Shown in pieces: positions 60,866-64,000 of a stretch of DNA of 64,000 nucleotides (within the stretch, counting starts at the first letter, position 1; the number at the start of each line of letters is the position of its first letter). The stretch is taken from assembly GCA_965116495.1 (NCBI GenBank), contig OZ220696.1:2272001-2336000 (forward strand), in the 5' to 3' direction. The notes beneath the pieces are model-generated. The model did no database searches and had not been told where the DNA came from. It saw only the letters and a list, made by a program, of their open reading frames with translations. This DNA comes from Gammaproteobacteria bacterium (GTDB taxonomy: Bacteria; Pseudomonadota; Gammaproteobacteria; Eutrophobiales; Eutrophobiaceae). The position numbers and the translations under genes are program-made.

Positions 60866-61039
60866 CGTCATTCCGGGCTTGTCCTGGAATCCTGTGGAAT
60901 ACTGCGTCGCCCACGGGGCGACCCGTTGTATTGACTGGATTCCCGCGTACGCGGGAATGACGAAAGAGACGCGGGAATGACGAAAGAGACGCGGGAATGA
61001 CGAAAGGGACGCGGAAGTGACAAATGGGGAGCGGGAATG
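60866..61039. repeat. GTCATTCC..GGAATCC REP-like doublet with tandem 20-bp amplification of the right arm
   Basis: CGTCATTCCGGGCTTGTCCTGGAATCC ... TGGATTCCCGCGTACGCGGGAATGACG, then GCGGGAATGACGAAAGAGAC units at 60951, 60971, 60991, 61011 and 61031 (partial). Confidence 0.85.
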
Positions 61040-61048
61040 TTGTGTGGT

Positions 61049-64000
61049 CTATCCCGCCGTTCTTGAACTGTAAGCCATAAACGTCCGGTACAAGAGTGGA
61101 ATAACGAACAGTGTCAGCAACGTGGAAAACACCAGTCCATACACAATCGCAGTTGCCACGGGCCCCCAGATCAGCGATTCGCCGGCGAAGCCGGTCGCCA
61201 GCGACAGCAGGCCCGCCACCGTAGTTCCAGAGGTGATGATGATAGGGACTACCCGCCTCCTGGCGGCATAGACCGTGGCATGCAGCAGGCTCATGCCGTT
61301 TTCCAGACGGAGGTTCGCCGCGGAGATCAGGACGATGGCGGCGTTGACTGAAATCCCCGTCAAGGCCACCACGCCGTACATGGTAAACAGGCTCAGGGGA
61401 TTTCCGGTCACCAGCAGGCCCAGGGTAACGCCGGTGAATGTCAGCGGCACGGTGGCAAGCACCATGAACGGCTGGAAGTAACTGCGGAACTGGGTGCCCA
61501 GGATGATATAGATGATACCCAGGCCAAGCAGCAGCAAGCGCCAGATGGCATCCAGGCTTTCATCGATATCTTCAAGTTCACCGGTCTGGTCCAGGGACAG
61601 CTCGGGATACCTGGCCTGCAGGCTGTGCCATTTTTCCGTGATGAGATTATTGGCCTGTACGGTATCGATTCGATCCTTGTCAATATCGCTTTCCAGCGTA
61701 ATGGCCCGGCGGAAGTTATAGTGCCGTATGTTTTGCCGGCCGATGCCCGGGCTGCTGATCAGCAGTTCACCCAGGGCGATGGAACGTCCGTCGGGCAGGG
61801 AGATTGTCTGGCGCATGAGGTTGTCGGTATTGATATGCCGGTCCTTTTTCGCCAGCACCCGGACTTTTACTTCCTCGCCTTCATCCTGGAAGTCCGTAAC
61901 CAGTTCACCGTCCACGTAAGCCTGCAATGCCCGCCCTATGACTGCAGGATTCAATCCTGTCCTTTGTATCGCCTCTCCGTCGAGACGCAGCACCAGTTCC
62001 GGGTTGCCGGGACGATAATCCAGGGTGATGTTTCTATACACCTGCTGCTCCTCAAGAAAATCACGCAAGTCATTAGCCGCTTGCAGCATGGTCGAATAAT
62101 CACTGCCCAGAATCTTGGCGCTGACAGCCTTGCGCGCCGGCGGGCCTCCCTTTATTTCCAGGATGGAGACTTCTATGGGTCCCGGTATGTTTCTCACACG
62201 CCGGAAGACCGCATCGGCGATCTCGGAGACATGGCGACCGTCGCTGGCTTGCGGGTTCAGACTGAACATGACCTGGCCCACGGTGTCGCCGAATAACGGC
62301 GCGGTTTCGGTAAACTGCTGCCCCGCAAAACTGACCGACGCGCGCAGTTCACCCGGAAGCAATTCCTTCAGGGCCTGCTCCTCTGCCGTTACCAGGGCGC
62401 GGCTGGTGTCTTCCAGGGATGTTCCCCGGGGCATCTCGAGATTTACGTAAAATATGCGTTCGGCATCGGATTCGAAGAAATTGAAACGAATCAGGCCGCT
62501 GGCTACCGTACCTGCCGCCAGGGACAGGGTCAATACTATGCAAACCAGGGTTATAACCGGGTGGCGCAGGGAATATACCAGCGCCTGGGTATAGCGCAGA
62601 CGCAACCAGTAACTGACCGCTTCCCGCTTCCTGCTTATGGATCCGGGTTTCCTGAAATTGACTTTCAACGCCAGCACGTGGGCCGGCAGAATCCAGTAGG
62701 CCTCAAACAGGCTGACGAGCAGGGCAATGGTCACCACCAACGGGATGACCTTCATGAACTCTCCCAGTACGCCCGGCAGCATTACCAGCGGCAGGAAGGC
62801 GGCGATGGTGGTCATTACCGAGGTGGTAACGGGAGCGAATACTTCCCTGAAAGAATCGATAATGGCAGCCATGGCCTCGGCGCCCCGCTGCAGGCGATAG
62901 TAAACGGCCTCGACGACGACCACGGCGTCATCCACGATCATACCCAGGACGATTACGACGGCAAGCAGCACGGTATTGTTCAGGGTAAAACCAGTGGCGT
63001 TAAGTACCAGAAAAGTGCCGGAAAGCGTGAACGGAATTCCGATGGTGGTCAGAAAGGATATCCGCGTTCCCAGGAACAACCAGGTGACCAGCAGGACCAG
63101 GAACAGGCCGATAAGGGCGTTGGTCTGCATTATGGTAAGGGCTTCGCGGGTACTGACGGTCTGGTCGTCCGCCAGGATGAGTTCTACGCCGGTTGTGTCC
63201 TTGAAACGGTTACGGTTGTCGAGGTATTCATTCAGTGTATCCACCAGTTCCAATACGTTGGCATCCGGGTTCTTGGTGACCGTCAGGAGCATGGCGGGTT
63301 TGCCCTGGTACGTTACCATCTCTGCCGCCTCTTCCCGGGTGCGGGTCAATTCCGCGATGGTCCCCAGGGGCACCACGCCGGCAGCGGTGATGATGGGGAA
63401 ATCCCTCAGGGTTGAAGGGTCGGGGCTGGTTCCCTGCAGGCGCACGACCCACTTACCGTCGGCAGTCTCAAGGTCGCCGGCGGATATGTCCCGGAAATAG
63501 CTGCGGATCGTCTCGGAGATATCCGCAGGGGTCAGGCCCAGTCCCTCGAGGCGGTCGGGAAAAAAAGCAATCTGCAATTCCGGGTCGGTGGTGCCGACGT
63601 CAGCCACCCGGTCTACGCCCTGGATACGTTCCAGGTCTTTTTTTACGAAACGGGCCTGGCGCCTGAGATTTTCATCATCCCCCGCGCTGGTCACCACCAC
63701 CATCGCGCTGGGGAACGCGTTGGAGGTACTGATCTCGAAGACCACCGGGTCTTCGGCATCTTCCGGCAGCTCATCGGTATAGGTATTCTGCACTTCGCGC
63801 CGCAGGTCGATCATCCGCTTGTCAAATCTCTCCTGGTCGATCTGGTTGAAGCGCACCAGGATCATGGAAACATTATCCCGGCTGGTGCTGTTGACGAACT
63901 TGATATCCCTGACACTGCGCCGCAGGGCGTCTTCGAGGGGTTCGGTCACGCGTTTTTCCACGTCGACAGCGGCGGCGCCCGGGAAAACGGTGAAGACGTT
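61049..64000 (-). CDS. RND (AcrB-family) transporter, 5' end outside window
   Basis: VEKRVTEPLE, LGMIVDDAVVVVE, TTIAAFLP, ARRRVVPIIITS, STLLTLFVIP. Confidence 0.93.
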   Translation of the reverse strand, partial: NVFTVFPGAAAVDVEKRVTEPLEDALRRSVRDIKFVNSTSRDNVSMILVRFNQIDQERFDKRMIDLRREVQNTYTDELPEDAEDPVVFEISTSNAFPSAMVVVTSAGDDENLRRQARFVKKDLERIQGVDRVADVGTTDPELQIAFFPDRLEGLGLTPADISETIRSYFRDISAGDLETADGKWVVRLQGTSPDPSTLRDFPIITAAGVVPLGTIAELTRTREEAAEMVTYQGKPAMLLTVTKNPDANVLELVDTLNEYLDNRNRFKDTTGVELILADDQTVSTREALTIMQTNALIGLFLVLLVTWLFLGTRISFLTTIGIPFTLSGTFLVLNATGFTLNNTVLLAVVIVLGMIVDDAVVVVEAVYYRLQRGAEAMAAIIDSFREVFAPVTTSVMTTIAAFLPLVMLPGVLGEFMKVIPLVVTIALLVSLFEAYWILPAHVLALKVNFRKPGSISRKREAVSYWLRLRYTQALVYSLRHPVITLVCIVLTLSLAAGTVASGLIRFNFFESDAERIFYVNLEMPRGTSLEDTSRALVTAEEQALKELLPGELRASVSFAGQQFTETAPLFGDTVGQVMFSLNPQASDGRHVSEIADAVFRRVRNIPGPIEVSILEIKGGPPARKAVSAKILGSDYSTMLQAANDLRDFLEEQQVYRNITLDYRPGNPELVLRLDGEAIQRTGLNPAVIGRALQAYVDGELVTDFQDEGEEVKVRVLAKKDRHINTDNLMRQTISLPDGRSIALGELLISSPGIGRQNIRHYNFRRAITLESDIDKDRIDTVQANNLITEKWHSLQARYPELSLDQTGELEDIDESLDAIWRLLLLGLGIIYIILGTQFRSYFQPFMVLATVPLTFTGVTLGLLVTGNPLSLFTMYGVVALTGISVNAAIVLISAANLRLENGMSLLHATVYAARRRVVPIIITSGTTVAGLLSLATGFAGESLIWGPVATAIVYGLVFSTLLTLFVIPLLYRTFMAYSSRTAG

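Overview
Gammaproteobacterial chromosomal window. The taxonomy is inferred from the recA-recX-alaS-lysC-csrA-tRNA-Ser(GCT) order, gshA, hspQ and an SAH riboswitch. A marine sponge symbiont is plausible but is inference. Left to right it holds: (1) a TonB receptor/GntR pair and an IS3 scar beyond the tRNA 3' end; (2) housekeeping genes with an orphan virB3-virB2-like pair upstream of recA; (3) an MSHA/T2SS-like pilus locus, in which a MITE has inserted in codon 3-4 of a minor pilin and supplies a replacement in-frame start; (4) ptp-metF-ahcY, separated from metK by about 12.5 kb of catabolic, toxin-antitoxin and conflict genes; (5) an NHLP/proteusin RiPP cluster with core LCCCW (srp-type). Its halogenase is reduced to a 98-codon relic, and it carries an NHLP-leader-fused class II terpene-cyclase-like protein, a possible prenyltransferase-like ORF and an adjacent methyltransferase; (6) an AlkB-type membrane di-iron enzyme fused to an apparently inactive GlnE domain; (7) a partial RND transporter. 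Several REP-like palindrome families are scattered throughout. All calls come from motif recognition by eye, and no searches were run.
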